Both the position numbers and the translations under genes were made by a program. The notes under the pieces were generated by a model, which made no database searches, was not told where the DNA came from, and worked only from the letters and a program-made list of their open reading frames with translations. 64,000 nt of DNA. It comes from Snowella sp. GTDB lineage: Bacteria; Cyanobacteriota; Cyanobacteriia; Cyanobacteriales; Microcystaceae. Positions within the stretch are counted from its first letter, which is position 1; each line of letters opens with the position of its first letter. The DNA lies in the NCBI GenBank assembly GCA_035285545.1, contig JAYKGY010000150.1:37775-101774 (forward strand), written 5' to 3'. This document shows, one piece after another, positions 31,171 to 42,760 of this stretch.

Positions 31171-31437
31171 ATGCCTGAACCGAATTTAAGTGATATCAAC
31201 AGTAAAAAACTGGCTGCTGGTTTGTTGGGAATTTTATTAGGTGCGTTGGGAATCCATAAATTCTTTTTGGGTTATGCTTCTGAAGGGGTAATTATGCTAT
31301 TAGTTACGGTTTTGAGTTGTGGTGTTTTGGGAACGATTATGGGAATTATTGGCTTAATTGAGGGAATTATTTACCTCACCAAAACGGATCAAGAATTTTA
31401 TACGACCTATATTTTAAATAAAAAAGCTTGGTTCTAA
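31171..31437 (+). CDS. TM2 domain protein
   Basis: KKLAAGLLGILLGALGIHKFFLGY and EGIIYL motifs. Confidence 0.88.
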   Translation: MPEPNLSDINSKKLAAGLLGILLGALGIHKFFLGYASEGVIMLLVTVLSCGVLGTIMGIIGLIEGIIYLTKTDQEFYTTYILNKKAWF

Positions 31438-31470
31438 TCGACTGGAAATATTAATCAAATTTCATCTCTA

Positions 31471-31662
31471 ATGATTGAGTTTTATCGAAAAATACCCAAA
31501 TTTACTGTTTTTTTGAGTATTGGAATTATCTACATTAGCGCGATCGCGAATATTAGTTCAGATATTAATCCTATTTTAAAAAATTATCTTGCTTTAGTTC
31601 CCTTACAGTTTTTAGCCCTTGTCTATGTTGCCTATTTTTATCGGGTAAGAGGAAAAAAATAA
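31471..31662 (+). CDS. Small 2-TM hypothetical protein
   Basis: 63 aa with two hydrophobic helices and a basic tail; co-oriented with the TM2 gene. Confidence 0.55.
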   Translation: MIEFYRKIPKFTVFLSIGIIYISAIANISSDINPILKNYLALVPLQFLALVYVAYFYRVRGKK

Positions 31663-31701
31663 ACCAAAAATCTTCATTCAAACCCAATTTTTGAATGATT
31701 T

Positions 31702-32544
31702 TTATTCCCCTAACCAGATGGCATCCGCAACGCGACAAACCTGTACCATTTCTGCCACATCATGCACCCGTAAAATATTGGCTCCATTGGCGATCGCCGC
31801 ACAGCAGGCTGAAGCAGTTCCCCAAATGCGTTCTTTTGGATCATTTTGTTGAAGAATCTGACCAATAAAACTTTTACGGGAAGGCCCGACCAATAGGGGA
31901 TAACCTAAAGCTTTCAATTGAGATAACTGTCTGAGTAAAACTAAATTTTGATTTGCCGTTTTTGCAAAACCAATGCCTGGATCAAGAATAATTTTCGTTT
32001 TTGAAATTCCTCGTTGTTGAGCCTGTTGAATTTGCTTTTCAAAAAATTGTTTAATTTCTGCCATTAAGTCCTGATAATCCGTCAATTGTTGCATGGTTTG
32101 AGGATTACCTCGGATATGCATCAGAATAATGGGAACGCCTAATTCCGCAACGTTGGATAACATCAAGGGATCAAATGTTCCGCCAGAAATATCGTTAACC
32201 AGATCGGCTCCGGCGGCGATCGCGGCTTTAGCGACTGCGGCACGGGTGGTATCGATAGAAATGGGGGTATTGAATTTCTCCCTGATTACCTGAATAACAG
32301 GAATAGTGCGGGTTAACTCTTCTTCGAGAGAAATAGTTTCGGCTCCTGGGCGCGTAGATTGTCCCCCAATATCGAGAATATCCGCCCCTGCTGCGATCAT
32401 CTGTTCTGCTTGTTTGAGAGCCTTATCGACCGTATTAAATTGACCGCCATCACTAAAACTATCGGGAGTCGTGTTTAAAATGCCCATAATGTAGGTGCGA
32501 TCGCCCCAGTTAAATGGGGTATCCCGTAGCGTCAAGTTTTGCAT
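31702..32544 (-). CDS. folP: Dihydropteroate synthase
   Basis: MGILNTTPDSFSDGG, STRPG, DPGIGFAK, SRKSF and RVHDV motifs. Confidence 0.97.
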   Translation of the reverse strand: MQNLTLRDTPFNWGDRTYIMGILNTTPDSFSDGGQFNTVDKALKQAEQMIAAGADILDIGGQSTRPGAETISLEEELTRTIPVIQVIREKFNTPISIDTTRAAVAKAAIAAGADLVNDISGGTFDPLMLSNVAELGVPIILMHIRGNPQTMQQLTDYQDLMAEIKQFFEKQIQQAQQRGISKTKIILDPGIGFAKTANQNLVLLRQLSQLKALGYPLLVGPSRKSFIGQILQQNDPKERIWGTASACCAAIANGANILRVHDVAEMVQVCRVADAIWLGE

Positions 32545-32701
32545 CTTAAAATCCCATCAAAGTATCAATGCTCGGCAATGCTCAATACAATGCTCAATAG
32601 TTCGTCTCTGTTTTAAGACTAACCGAAAACGATAGAATAATATATTGGCTAACTTTTTTTGAACTTTCCATCATCCCTACATCAACGGCTAGGATCATTA
32701 C

Positions 32702-34468
32702 ATGTCATCAATTTCGGAACAATTAAATAATATTTTTGCTAAGGCACTATCAAATTTATTTGTCGATATCGATCTGCCGTCTCCTTTGATTGTTCCTGCC
32801 AGTAACCCAAAATTTGGTGATTTCCAATGTAATGTGGCTTTGCCCTTAGCCAAAACCTTGGGACAACCGCCCAGAGCGATCGCGGAAAAAATTGTACAAG
32901 CCGTAGATCTCACCGGAATTTGTGAACCAGTAGAAATTGCTGGGCCAGGCTTTATTAATCTTAAATTAACTCAGGATTATTTAAGTTCTCAACTCAAAGC
33001 TATCCAGAGTGATCCGCGTTTAGGGGTTGAAAAAGTTAGCTCGCCTGAGAAAGTGATTGTGGATTTTTCCAGTCCCAATATTGCCAAGGAAATGCATGTA
33101 GGTCATCTGCGTTCTACCATCATCGGGGACGCGATCGCTCGGATTTTGGAATTTCGAGGTTATGACGTTTTACGGCTCAATCATGTGGGAGACTGGGGAA
33201 CCCAATTTGGGATGCTCATTACCTATTTAAAAGAAGTCCTCCACCGTTCTAGCTTAGAAGAATACGATGTAGATTTCCTAGAGCTATGGGAGTTAGTCTA
33301 CTTTTATCGTCAAGCAAAAAAACGATTTGACGAAGACGAAAATTTTAAAAGAAAATCCCAAAGAGCCGTTGTCGCTTTGCAATCGGGCGAATCTACAAGC
33401 TTCAAAGCATGGGAATTTTTATGTGAAAAATCGCGCCGAGAATTTCAAATTATTTATGATTTATTAGATATTAAGTTAATTGAACGGGGAGAATCTTTTT
33501 ATAATCCCTTTTTACCAGAAATTGTCAGTTATTTAGATTCGGTTGGTTTGCTACAAGAAGACCAAGGGGCGCAATGTGTTTTCCTCGAAGGTTTTACCAA
33601 TAAAGACGGCAATCCTTTGCCATTAATTATCCAAAAATCCGACGGGGGTTATAACTACGCAACCACTGATTTAGCGGCGTTAAAGTATCGCACTCAAACC
33701 GATCAGGCTCAACGCATTATTTATGTCACCGATGCTGGTCAGGCCAACCATTTTGCTCAGGTTTTCCAAGTGGCGAGAAAATCGGGAATTTTACCGGAAA
33801 ATGTCGAAGTGATTCATGTGCCCTTTGGGTTGGTAAAAGGAGAAGACGGTAAAAAATTAAAGACGCGATCGGGCGATACCATTCGTTTAAAAGATTTATT
33901 AAATGAAGCCGTCAGCCGTAGTCGTCAGGATTTAGAAGCGCGATTAGTTGAGGAAAATCGGCAAGAAAGTCCAGAATTTGTAGAAAAAGTGGCTAAAACT
34001 GTGGGAATTGCCGCAGTAAAGTATGCGGATTTGAGTCAAAATCGCATTAGCGACTATATTTTTAGTTATGACAAAATGTTAGCCCTACAGGGAAATACGG
34101 CTCCCTATATGCTCTATGCCTATGCGCGGATTAAAAGTATTCGCCGAGAAGGTCAAATTGAGTTTTCAGAATTAGATGAAAACCCCATTATCACGCTTAA
34201 TGAACCGACAGAATTAGAGTTGGCAAAAGCATTATTACAATTGAGTGAAGTGGTTAAAGAAGTTGAACAGAGTTTATTACCCAATCGACTATGTGATTAT
34301 CTGTATGAACTAAGCAAGAAATTTAATAAGTTTTATGAAAATTGCCCCGTCCTCAAAGCAGAAGGTAATCTTAAAATTTCCCGTTTAATTCTCTGTGATT
34401 TAACTTCTAGAACTCTAGAATTAGGATTATCTCAACTCTTAGGAATCCCTATTTTAGAGAGAATGTAA
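32702..34468 (+). CDS. argS: Arginine--tRNA ligase
   Basis: [16 protein letters not shown] (HIGH), [14 protein letters not shown] and C-terminal ERM. Confidence 0.97.
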   Translation: MSSISEQLNNIFAKALSNLFVDIDLPSPLIVPASNPKFGDFQCNVALPLAKTLGQPPRAIAEKIVQAVDLTGICEPVEIAGPGFINLKLTQDYLSSQLKAIQSDPRLGVEKVSSPEKVIVDFSSPNIAKEMHVGHLRSTIIGDAIARILEFRGYDVLRLNHVGDWGTQFGMLITYLKEVLHRSSLEEYDVDFLELWELVYFYRQAKKRFDEDENFKRKSQRAVVALQSGESTSFKAWEFLCEKSRREFQIIYDLLDIKLIERGESFYNPFLPEIVSYLDSVGLLQEDQGAQCVFLEGFTNKDGNPLPLIIQKSDGGYNYATTDLAALKYRTQTDQAQRIIYVTDAGQANHFAQVFQVARKSGILPENVEVIHVPFGLVKGEDGKKLKTRSGDTIRLKDLLNEAVSRSRQDLEARLVEENRQESPEFVEKVAKTVGIAAVKYADLSQNRISDYIFSYDKMLALQGNTAPYMLYAYARIKSIRREGQIEFSELDENPIITLNEPTELELAKALLQLSEVVKEVEQSLLPNRLCDYLYELSKKFNKFYENCPVLKAEGNLKISRLILCDLTSRTLELGLSQLLGIPILERM

Positions 34469-34589
34469 TGATTTAAGTAATTCAATAAATTGAAATCATT
34501 TTTGATGAATCCGCTTTTTGTTTCCTTAACCATAACCATTAATCATTGATTTTTAACCATTGTTGATAACTGGGAAAAACCTTAAGGAA

Positions 34590-35267
34590 ATGCGAATCTT
34601 AATTATTGAAGATGATGATCGGATCGCCCATCCCTTAGCTGAAGATTTACGTCATCAAAACCATGTAGTGGATATTGCAACTGATGGCGTGGTGGGTTGG
34701 GACTATCATCAGGCTACAACCTATGATCTGATTTTGTTAGATGTCATGCTTCCCCGTGTAGATGGGATTGCTTTATGTAAAAAGTTGCGGGAAGCTCAGG
34801 TTAATGTTCCCATTTTAATGTTGACCGCCAAAGATACAACAGCCGATAAGGTGGCGGGACTCGATGCAGGTGCCGATGATTATTTGGTTAAACCCTTTGA
34901 ATTAGAAGAGTTATCGGCAAGAATTCGTGCATTATCTCGGCGAGGCAAGGAAACCCAGATTAATTTATTAACCTACGGTCAATTGCTTTTAAATCCGAAT
35001 ACTTGTCAAGTGAGTTATGGTGAACATATTTTATCTTTAACGCCAAAGGAATATATGATTTTGGAGTTATTTTTAAAAAATCCTAATCGGGTTCTCACTC
35101 GCTCTGATATCCTTGATAAATTATGGGATTTTGATCAATCGTCAGGGGAAGGAACGGTTAAAACCCACATTACTAATCTTCGCAATAAATTGAGAAGTGT
35201 GAGTGGAAAAGACAGTTTAATTGAAACGATTTATGGCATTGGCTATCGTTTAGGTAATAAGCCTTAA
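34590..35267 (+). CDS. OmpR-family response regulator
   Basis: Receiver domain (EDD, LLDVMLP, KPF) plus winged helix ending IYGIGYRL. Confidence 0.93.
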   Translation: MRILIIEDDDRIAHPLAEDLRHQNHVVDIATDGVVGWDYHQATTYDLILLDVMLPRVDGIALCKKLREAQVNVPILMLTAKDTTADKVAGLDAGADDYLVKPFELEELSARIRALSRRGKETQINLLTYGQLLLNPNTCQVSYGEHILSLTPKEYMILELFLKNPNRVLTRSDILDKLWDFDQSSGEGTVKTHITNLRNKLRSVSGKDSLIETIYGIGYRLGNKP

Positions 35268-35290
35268 TCTTTGGCAAAAAAATTGACCCA

Positions 35291-36592
35291 ATGTTTGACC
35301 AGATTCGGAATCGATTGTTGATTTCTTATTTATTTGTCGTTGCGGCAGTGTTAGCGTCCTTTGCCGTTGCGCTGCGGATTCTGGCGATTAAAAGTTTTAA
35401 TGATATTTCTAATGCCAAATTAGTCAGTTTAGGGGAACGGGCGATCGCGAATACCAAGCTAGAAAATGATCGTCTGATATTAAATGAAAATATTTTGGAT
35501 CAAGATGTCTTAATGCGCGATCGCTTAATTGAATGGTTTGATCCACAAGGCAAGGTAATTGCTAAACGGGGTAAAGAACAATTTTTGCTAACCGAGGCAC
35601 GGAACACCTCTTTTTATGTTGATAAAAATCAGAAAAACCTCTTAGAAAATACCCAGGATTTGATTCCACATCAGCTTAAAAATCAGACAAGTATTTCTAA
35701 TGACATTATCAGCGTTGTTTTACCGATCTATCGCACGGGGCACAATCAACCCATTGGCTATCTGAAAGTCAGTCAATCCTCACGGGAGTTAGAAGCCAAT
35801 ATTCGCAGTTTAGATTGGCGATTAACGATTGGTTTTGTGCTGGGACTAGGATTAACAACGGTGAGTTCTATCATTTTAACCCGTCAGGCAACAGCTGCCA
35901 TTGAAGTGAGTTTTCAACGGTTAAAGCAATTTACCGCCGATGCATCCCATGAATTACGGAGTCCCCTGATGGCGATCAAGGCGAATGCAACAGTGGCTTT
36001 AAAATACGCGGATGGGATGCGGAAAGAAGATTTAGAAAAATTTACCGCGATCGCCAATGCCACCGATCAAATTAAACAATTAACCGAAGATTTACTCTTC
36101 CTCGCTCGGAATGATAACTTACCGCAAATCGAGAAACAAAAAATTAATGTAACTGCCATTCTCGAAGAAATTGTTCAACTATACTATCCTTCTTTTGAAG
36201 CCAAGAACATCGCCCTTAAAGTAGATATCGCCCTCTCTTTAACGATGTTGGGTCATCAAGGACAAATTCGCCGCCTGTTTAATAATTTAATTGCCAATGC
36301 GTTGATTTATACAACAACCGGAGGGGAAGTAAACCTCAAAGCCCAAGAAATGGGTCATCAATTAGTAACGATCATCAAAGATACGGGAATTGGGATTGCG
36401 TCGGAAAATCTCAGCCTAATTTTTGAACGCTTTTGGCGGGCAGATTCGGCTCGTTCCTATCATCAAGGCAGTTCGGGCTTAGGATTAGCGATCGCACAGA
36501 CGATTCTCCACAACCACCAAGGGAGCATTCAAGTTAACAGTGAACTGGGAAAAGGAAGTTGTTTTACGGTTTATCTACCGACCCAGCCCTAA
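35291..36592 (+). CDS. Membrane sensor histidine kinase
   Basis: Two TM segments, ASHELRSPL H-box, and N, G1 (DTGIG), F and G2 (GLGL) boxes. Confidence 0.93.
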   Translation: MFDQIRNRLLISYLFVVAAVLASFAVALRILAIKSFNDISNAKLVSLGERAIANTKLENDRLILNENILDQDVLMRDRLIEWFDPQGKVIAKRGKEQFLLTEARNTSFYVDKNQKNLLENTQDLIPHQLKNQTSISNDIISVVLPIYRTGHNQPIGYLKVSQSSRELEANIRSLDWRLTIGFVLGLGLTTVSSIILTRQATAAIEVSFQRLKQFTADASHELRSPLMAIKANATVALKYADGMRKEDLEKFTAIANATDQIKQLTEDLLFLARNDNLPQIEKQKINVTAILEEIVQLYYPSFEAKNIALKVDIALSLTMLGHQGQIRRLFNNLIANALIYTTTGGEVNLKAQEMGHQLVTIIKDTGIGIASENLSLIFERFWRADSARSYHQGSSGLGLAIAQTILHNHQGSIQVNSELGKGSCFTVYLPTQP

Positions 36593-36676
36593 GCGTTGTC
36601 TTAAATCCTATTCCTTAACGGGACAAACAGAAGCTCGCATGACCGCTGAATAGATGCAGTTAGCTCTGTCTTTTTA

Positions 36677-36973
36677 TCAAGATGGCTCTGAAGCTTGCTG
36701 TGGGTTTTCTATAGAATTTTTTTGATGATGAGAGTGTCTAACCCAATTGATGACTGTATTGTGATTTACACCCGTTGCCCTTTCAATTTCTCGATACCCC
36801 ATCCCGCTCAAATGAAGATTTAAACACTGTTCCCGAATCGCCGGATGATAACCTTTTAGCTGATAAGACTCTAAAAACTGACGACCACAACTGCGACATA
36901 AATAACACTGTTTACCCCGTCGCTGTCCATTTTTATTCAAATGTTGAGATCCGCAATAAATGCACCGCTTCAT
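36677..36973 (-). CDS. Solo IS1 InsA-like Zn-ribbon + HTH protein (no DDE partner)
   Basis: CIYCGS...KNG...GKQCYLCRSCGRQF zinc ribbon and GMGYREIERATGVNHNTVINWV HTH. Confidence 0.75.
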   Translation of the reverse strand: MKRCIYCGSQHLNKNGQRRGKQCYLCRSCGRQFLESYQLKGYHPAIREQCLNLHLSGMGYREIERATGVNHNTVINWVRHSHHQKNSIENPQQASEPS

Positions 36974-37364
36974 AGGACTGGCTCTTAAGTAAATGAGACA
37001 TAGAAGAACTGATGACCTTTACTCTATTCAAAAAAAGTCAAGAACTTGGCAAGACAGAGATTAAAAATAAAAATTTTTAAACCCCTTAGCCTCAGTTAAA
37101 AATGCCGAAATAGTTCCCATTACTCAACCATTTTGATATGGTTTCTAACGTTATCTCCGTCAAATTCGTCATTATTCTCCTAACCAACTCTGGCAGTTCT
37201 CAAGGATCAGAATCGATGCCTGGGATCTCTATTTTTTGTCATAGAAACGAAAATATTAACACCTGATCAGATTCCTTAATGTCTTCAATTTAGGTTAAGG
37301 AATAGTGGGAAGAAGCGATAAGGACGGATAATTGGGATAGCGTTAATTGAGCAAGTGATTTGAT

Positions 37365-38360
37365 ATGAAGACAACACACCATCCCCTCCGCGTTGGTATC
37401 CTTGGATTTGGCGGACTAGGACAAGCCGCTGCAAGAATTTTGTCCCCTAAACAGGAAATGCACTGGGTCGCTGCTGCTGACCATAAAGGATTTGCCTATC
37501 AACCGGAAGGTTTGAATCCCGATTCCGCGATCGCTACTTACCATCAACAGGGATCGGTGGGATATGTAGAACCCTGGGGTCAACTGAGCCAACAAAGTAT
37601 TGCCGAATTAATCCAAAAAGCGGATGTGGATGGTTATTTTTTGGCTTTGCCCAATCTTCCCAATACCTTTATGGCTGATGTCGCTCGAATGTTTATTCAA
37701 TCGGGATGGAAAGGGGTCTTAGTCGATGCCCTCAAACGTACTAGTGCCGTCGAGCAGTTATTAGAAATTCAAGATGATCTAGCGGCGGCGGGGATTACCT
37801 ATATGACCGGCTGTGGGGCAACCCCTGGTTTATTAACGGCTGCTGCTGCCTTAGCGGCCCAAAGTTATGCCGAAATCCACAGCGTTAAAATTACCTTTGG
37901 AGTCGGAATTGCCAACTGGGAAGCCTATCGCGCCACCATTCGTGAAGATATTGCCCACATGCCTGGGTTTACTGTAGAACAAGCTAGCACCATGAGCGAT
38001 GCCGAAGTTGAAGCTCTATTAGACAAAACCAACGGCATTCTCACCCTAGAAAATATGGAACATGCCGACGATATTATGTTGGAATTAGCGGGCATTTGTT
38101 CACGGGAGCAGGTAACGGTTGGGGGAATTGTCGATACGCGCAACCCGAAAAAACCCTTGAGTACCCATGTCGATATTACGGGCAGAACCTTTGAAGGAAA
38201 AATTTCGACCCATACCTTTACTTTGGGTGATGAAACCAGCATGGCAGCCAATGTTTGTGGGCCGGCCTTTGGCTATTTAAAAGCCGGAAAAGCCTTGCAT
38301 CAACGGGGAATTTATGGCTTATTTACCTCTGCTGAAGTGATGCCTCAATTTGTTCGTTAA
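37365..38360 (+). CDS. bioU: (S)-8-amino-7-oxononanoate synthase BioU
   Basis: GFGGLG Rossmann motif, [25 protein letters not shown] and LENMEHADD motifs. Confidence 0.85.
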   Translation: MKTTHHPLRVGILGFGGLGQAAARILSPKQEMHWVAAADHKGFAYQPEGLNPDSAIATYHQQGSVGYVEPWGQLSQQSIAELIQKADVDGYFLALPNLPNTFMADVARMFIQSGWKGVLVDALKRTSAVEQLLEIQDDLAAAGITYMTGCGATPGLLTAAAALAAQSYAEIHSVKITFGVGIANWEAYRATIREDIAHMPGFTVEQASTMSDAEVEALLDKTNGILTLENMEHADDIMLELAGICSREQVTVGGIVDTRNPKKPLSTHVDITGRTFEGKISTHTFTLGDETSMAANVCGPAFGYLKAGKALHQRGIYGLFTSAEVMPQFVR

Positions 38361-38420
38361 ATTGATTCCAATTTTGGGGCGTACTCGATGCGCCTCCATC
38401 CAATTTCAATAACGTGGGCC

Positions 38421-39284
38421 TTAAACCGCTTTGGATTCAATCGGGTTAGAAATAGATGCTGCATCAGACTCTAAGGCTTTATTTGCGCTGGCTTCCCGTG
38501 CGGCTTCAATGAATTGGGCAACCCGAATCGGATCAATGGGTTCGGTGATAATACCATTGCGTTTTAATGAACTGGCGACGATCGCGCCATCAGCCGCTTG
38601 CATGAGTTGACCAATATTATCCCAATTTGCTCCGCTACCGATAAAAACAGGAGTTCCTTTTGCCGCCGCAGAGGCCAGTTCTAAGTCTTCTAAACTGGGT
38701 GGACTCCCCGTTGCCCATCCCGATAAAATTACGCCATCGGCCAAGCCGCGTTCAATCGTATCCTGTACTGCGGTGGTTAAATTGGGCGTTCCTAAAGGTC
38801 GAGCGTGCTTTACTAAGACATCGGCTAAAATAGCAACATCAGACCCTAATTCCCGACGAAATCGCAATATTTCATGGGCGTTCCCTTCAATCAGCCCTTG
38901 ATCGGTGGCCATAATGCCGTTGAGAACGTTAACCCGAATAAATTGGGCATTTACACAGGACGCGATCGCCAATGCCCCTTTAGCATCATTGCGTAATAAA
39001 TTAATACCAACTGGCACAACCACCAAATTCATAATGCGATCCACAATCAAGGTCATCGCGCTAATCACGGCAGGGTTAACCTGATCCTTGGTAAAGGGCG
39101 CATCAAAAAAATTCTCGACGATAATACCGTCCACACCACCAGCCGCGAGGGCCGTCGCTTCCTGTTCTGCTCGTTCAATAACCGCCTTAAGGCTACCTCC
39201 CCAACGGGCTGAAGTGGGTAAGGGCAACAGATGAACTACGCCGATAATCGGGTTTTTCGTTTGGAAAGTCTGATTTAAGTCCAC
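38421..39284 (-). CDS. btpA: Photosystem I biogenesis protein BtpA
   Basis: IIGVVHLLPLP, VENFFDAPF, GINLLRND and ADVLVKHA motifs. GTG start at 39284. Confidence 0.92.
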   Translation of the reverse strand: MDLNQTFQTKNPIIGVVHLLPLPTSARWGGSLKAVIERAEQEATALAAGGVDGIIVENFFDAPFTKDQVNPAVISAMTLIVDRIMNLVVVPVGINLLRNDAKGALAIASCVNAQFIRVNVLNGIMATDQGLIEGNAHEILRFRRELGSDVAILADVLVKHARPLGTPNLTTAVQDTIERGLADGVILSGWATGSPPSLEDLELASAAAKGTPVFIGSGANWDNIGQLMQAADGAIVASSLKRNGIITEPIDPIRVAQFIEAAREASANKALESDAASISNPIESKAV

Positions 39285-39567
39285 TACACTGAATATCCTG
39301 ATGCACCATTGGGCGTTAGGCCCCCGTTTAAGAGCCAACTACAAATTCTACCGTACTTAGGAAACCCTAGATGGTTGAATCTCAATTAACCTTATTTTAA
39401 TCTTTTAGCTCCCCACAACCATCAATTCTATTGCAAGCAGCCATCTACATCAGCCCAGTTGGGTATTTCCCTCCTAGCGTTCAGGGAACTAATCTGAATA
39501 ATTGCTTTTCGTTGCGCCTTAAGCTACGTTAGAAGTCAAACGTAACATTTCTTTAAGATCAAGCGGG

Positions 39568-40269
39568 ATGCTTAGACTGATTACCGACTTTGATGGCCCT
39601 ATCATGGATGTTTCCGAACGGTACTATCAAGTTTATCTGTACTGTTTAGCGCAAATTAAGGCTACAGACCAATTGGTGAAAACCTTATCCAAAGAAGAAT
39701 TTTGGAATTTAAAACGGGCCCAAGTTCCTGAAAAAGAGATTGGCTTAATGTCTGGGTTAGACCTTGAACAAGCACAAGCTTTTGCGAAATTACGCCGTAA
39801 AACGGTGCATACTTTGCCCTATTTGGTTTACGATCAGCCCATTCCGGGGGCGATCGCGACTTTAGAAAAAATTCAAAGCCTCGGTTTAGATCTGGTGGTC
39901 ATGACCATGCGGCGAGTTTGTGAATTAGATTTTGCCCTAAAAAGCCATGATTTAGCCCGCTTCTTTCCGGAACCACAACGGTATTGCCTAAGCGACGATT
40001 ATGTCAAAACAACAGACGTTCAAGATAAACCCCGTTTAATGGCTCGCGCTCTTCAAGAATTAACCCGTTTTGATACGGTTTGGATGGTAGGGGATACCGA
40101 AGCTGATGCCATAGCGGCTAAAACCTATCAGATTCCTTTTATTGGTGTTCTCTCCGGAATCCGCGATCGCGATCGCTTAGCCCAACATCAACCGAATTTT
40201 ATTGTGAACAACCTCGGTGAAGCCCTAGAGTTAATTTTGTCGAATCAGCCTAACGCAAAAAGCTACTAA
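39568..40269 (+). CDS. HAD-family hydrolase
   Basis: DFDGPIMD motif I and MVGDTEAD motif IV. Confidence 0.88.
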   Translation: MLRLITDFDGPIMDVSERYYQVYLYCLAQIKATDQLVKTLSKEEFWNLKRAQVPEKEIGLMSGLDLEQAQAFAKLRRKTVHTLPYLVYDQPIPGAIATLEKIQSLGLDLVVMTMRRVCELDFALKSHDLARFFPEPQRYCLSDDYVKTTDVQDKPRLMARALQELTRFDTVWMVGDTEADAIAAKTYQIPFIGVLSGIRDRDRLAQHQPNFIVNNLGEALELILSNQPNAKSY

Positions 40270-40876
40270 CGACCCAGAACAAAATAAACGTTACTACACA
40301 GGAAATTTGCTCGGAGCCTAAGCCAATGGCTAATCCTGATGCCGTTAACAGACTCGAAACGCCCATTCCTAACGCGACTCCCGCTAACAGCGCAATTAAC
40401 GTCAGCAGAAACGCTCGGCCAATTTTGCGTTCTTTGCGGTAAATAAAATAAATACTAGCAAAAACACCAATAACCAACAATAAAGACCCAAAAGACCCCG
40501 TTGTATCCTTATTTGAGGCACTAATACCCGCTAAAGTAGCAAAAACACCCGCAGGGAGCAAAATATCATTTCTTGATGGCGTATCTATTAACCCTTGTAA
40601 CCAAGACGGCGAATTTGGAACTGAAAATGAAGGAGATGCCGTCGGCTGTTCCATCACTCGCTCTGGAAACCGAATGCGATCGGGCACCTTAATTTTGCCC
40701 TCTTGTCGCAGTTTGAGACGATCCATCAAAATTGCATCATAGGCAGATTCAACTAATTCTAAGGCTCGGCTATCTCCCTGATACTTTTGGCTTAACTGTA
40801 TTTTAACCGCTTGAATTTCCTCAAAAGACGAATCTTCGGTTACCCCAAGCGTTTGGTAGGGAGTTGGTTCACTCAT
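40250..40876 (-). CDS. CPP1-like (DUF3353) J-like membrane protein
   Basis: PYQTLGV..DSSFEEIQ...AYDAILMDRL.LRQEGKIKVPDRIRFPE plus C-terminal TMs. Confidence 0.85.
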   Translation of the reverse strand: MSEPTPYQTLGVTEDSSFEEIQAVKIQLSQKYQGDSRALELVESAYDAILMDRLKLRQEGKIKVPDRIRFPERVMEQPTASPSFSVPNSPSWLQGLIDTPSRNDILLPAGVFATLAGISASNKDTTGSFGSLLLVIGVFASIYFIYRKERKIGRAFLLTLIALLAGVALGMGVSSLLTASGLAIGLGSEQISCVVTFILFWVVSSFLR

Positions 40877-41240
40877 TTTTGTTCCTCCTCTGACATTCCT
40901 GCCCTCTGCCGCAGACTAACTTTAAAGATATTATGCTTCACTTTCGTAGTTTAGCGGATTGCTCCCCCGAACGATAAATCATTTTAAGGAAACTTTGAAA
41001 AAGAAAAGGGGGCCATTCCCCCTAGCATTCATCAAAACAAATTTTGGTTTAAATTTGGTTGCAACGGAAATAATACCTAACTTAAATAAAACAATGCTCG
41101 TTAATTCAATCCCTCCGCCTTCGGCTTCTCCTCTTGTGAAGGAGAGCTAGGGGGGATAAGACTAAAGATATTGGTAAATTTATTTAAATCCATTGGTATT
41201 GCTCAACATTAATTATCTTTAATCAGCATTCTTCAGCTAA

Positions 41241-42530
41241 TTAAATAATGGTTCCATCAGGAATGATGCGGTTTTTAATGACCACAACAATGCCGTTACG
41301 GATATAGAACCCGTCGTCTTCCCGATTCGCTTCTTCGATGCCTTCTTTGTTAATGATCATAACGTTATGACCAATACGGGCATTTTTATCGATAATGGCC
41401 CGCCGAATTGTCGTGCCAGAGCCAATCCCGATCGGAACTTCACCTTGTTTTAAGCTTTCTTCCCGTTCTAAGGACGATTCATAATAATCCGATCCCATCA
41501 ACAGCGAATCTTCAATCGTACAGTTAGATTCAATGCGAGTCCGAATTCCTAAAACCGAGTGATGTACACGGCACTCTTTAAGAATGCAACCTTCGCCAAT
41601 CATCGATTCGGTGATCTTGCAATCAAGAATTTTAGAAGGGGGAAGATAGCGACCACGGGTATAAATCGGAGCTTGTTCGTGGTAGAAGCTAAAGGGCGGC
41701 TGAGGCTGTTTGGTTAGGGCTAAATTCGCTTCATAAAACGCTTCAATGGTTCCGATATCTTCCCAATAATCTGAGAATAAATAGGCTTGTAAATTGTAAT
41801 CATTGGCAGAAGCTGGAATAATCTCCTTGCCAAAATCCGTTGCCTGGGGATTCGCTTCTAGTAATTTTGCTAAAATTTCTTTTTTAAAGACGTAGATTCC
41901 CATGGAGGCAATGTAGGGATTCTCTCTCGCTTTCTCTGGGGTTAAACCCAAGAGAGTTGTGTCTACCTGCATTCGTTTTAAGGCTTCACCAGAGGGCTTT
42001 TCGTAAAAATCAACGATCCGACCGTGGTTATCAATTTTCATTAACCCTAGCTCTGGGGCTTTCTTTTCATCAACAGGAATGACGGATAGGGTAATATCGG
42101 CATTGGTTTCCCGATGTCGTCGCACAAATTGGCTATAGTCCATGCGATAGAGATGATCCCCCGATAGAATCAGGTATTCATCCACATCCCATTCCATAAA
42201 TAACCAGAGGTATTGGCGTACTGCATCGGCTGTTCCTTGGAACCATTCGGGATTGTCGGCGGTTTGCTGGGCGGCCAGCACTTCCACAAATCCTTCTTGG
42301 AAAGCAGAGAAATTGTAGGTACGCGCTAAGTGACGATTTAAGGAGGCAGAATTAAACTGCGTGAGAACGTAAATTTTAACGATCTCGGAATTAATACAAT
42401 TACTGACGGGAATATCAATTAGGCGATATTTGCCCGCTAAGGGGACGGCAGGTTTGGCTCTAACTTTTGTAAGGGGATAAAGACGAGTACCAGCCCCGCC
42501 GCCAAGAATGATAGCTAAAACTCTTTTCAC
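41241..42530 (-). CDS. glgC: Glucose-1-phosphate adenylyltransferase
   Basis: [30 protein letters not shown] and YWEDIGT motifs. GTG start at 42530. Confidence 0.97.
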   Translation of the reverse strand: MKRVLAIILGGGAGTRLYPLTKVRAKPAVPLAGKYRLIDIPVSNCINSEIVKIYVLTQFNSASLNRHLARTYNFSAFQEGFVEVLAAQQTADNPEWFQGTADAVRQYLWLFMEWDVDEYLILSGDHLYRMDYSQFVRRHRETNADITLSVIPVDEKKAPELGLMKIDNHGRIVDFYEKPSGEALKRMQVDTTLLGLTPEKARENPYIASMGIYVFKKEILAKLLEANPQATDFGKEIIPASANDYNLQAYLFSDYWEDIGTIEAFYEANLALTKQPQPPFSFYHEQAPIYTRGRYLPPSKILDCKITESMIGEGCILKECRVHHSVLGIRTRIESNCTIEDSLLMGSDYYESSLEREESLKQGEVPIGIGSGTTIRRAIIDKNARIGHNVMIINKEGIEEANREDDGFYIRNGIVVVIKNRIIPDGTII

Positions 42531-42760
42531 AATGAAGACCTCTCGACTGCCAAGGACACCTCTCAAGTCAAGTGTAGGACTGTAGGGGACATCTGCAAAG
42601 CGAAGAAAGATAGAAAAATTGAAAAAGCTGTCGGAATCGGTCTGGATAATTCGTTGAGGAAACAAATCTTCATTTGAGTTGGTCAATCGTTTTGAGCGGA
42701 TAATAGTTTGCTTGCAGAATTGCTTTGAAAAAGTTAAATTTCTAGTTGATTTCTTTGGTT

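Noticed and set aside
39368..39447. 10-bp inverted repeat TAGATGGTTG/CAGCCATCTA upstream of btpA
   Set aside because: Short, with a long loop, and compatible with chance.
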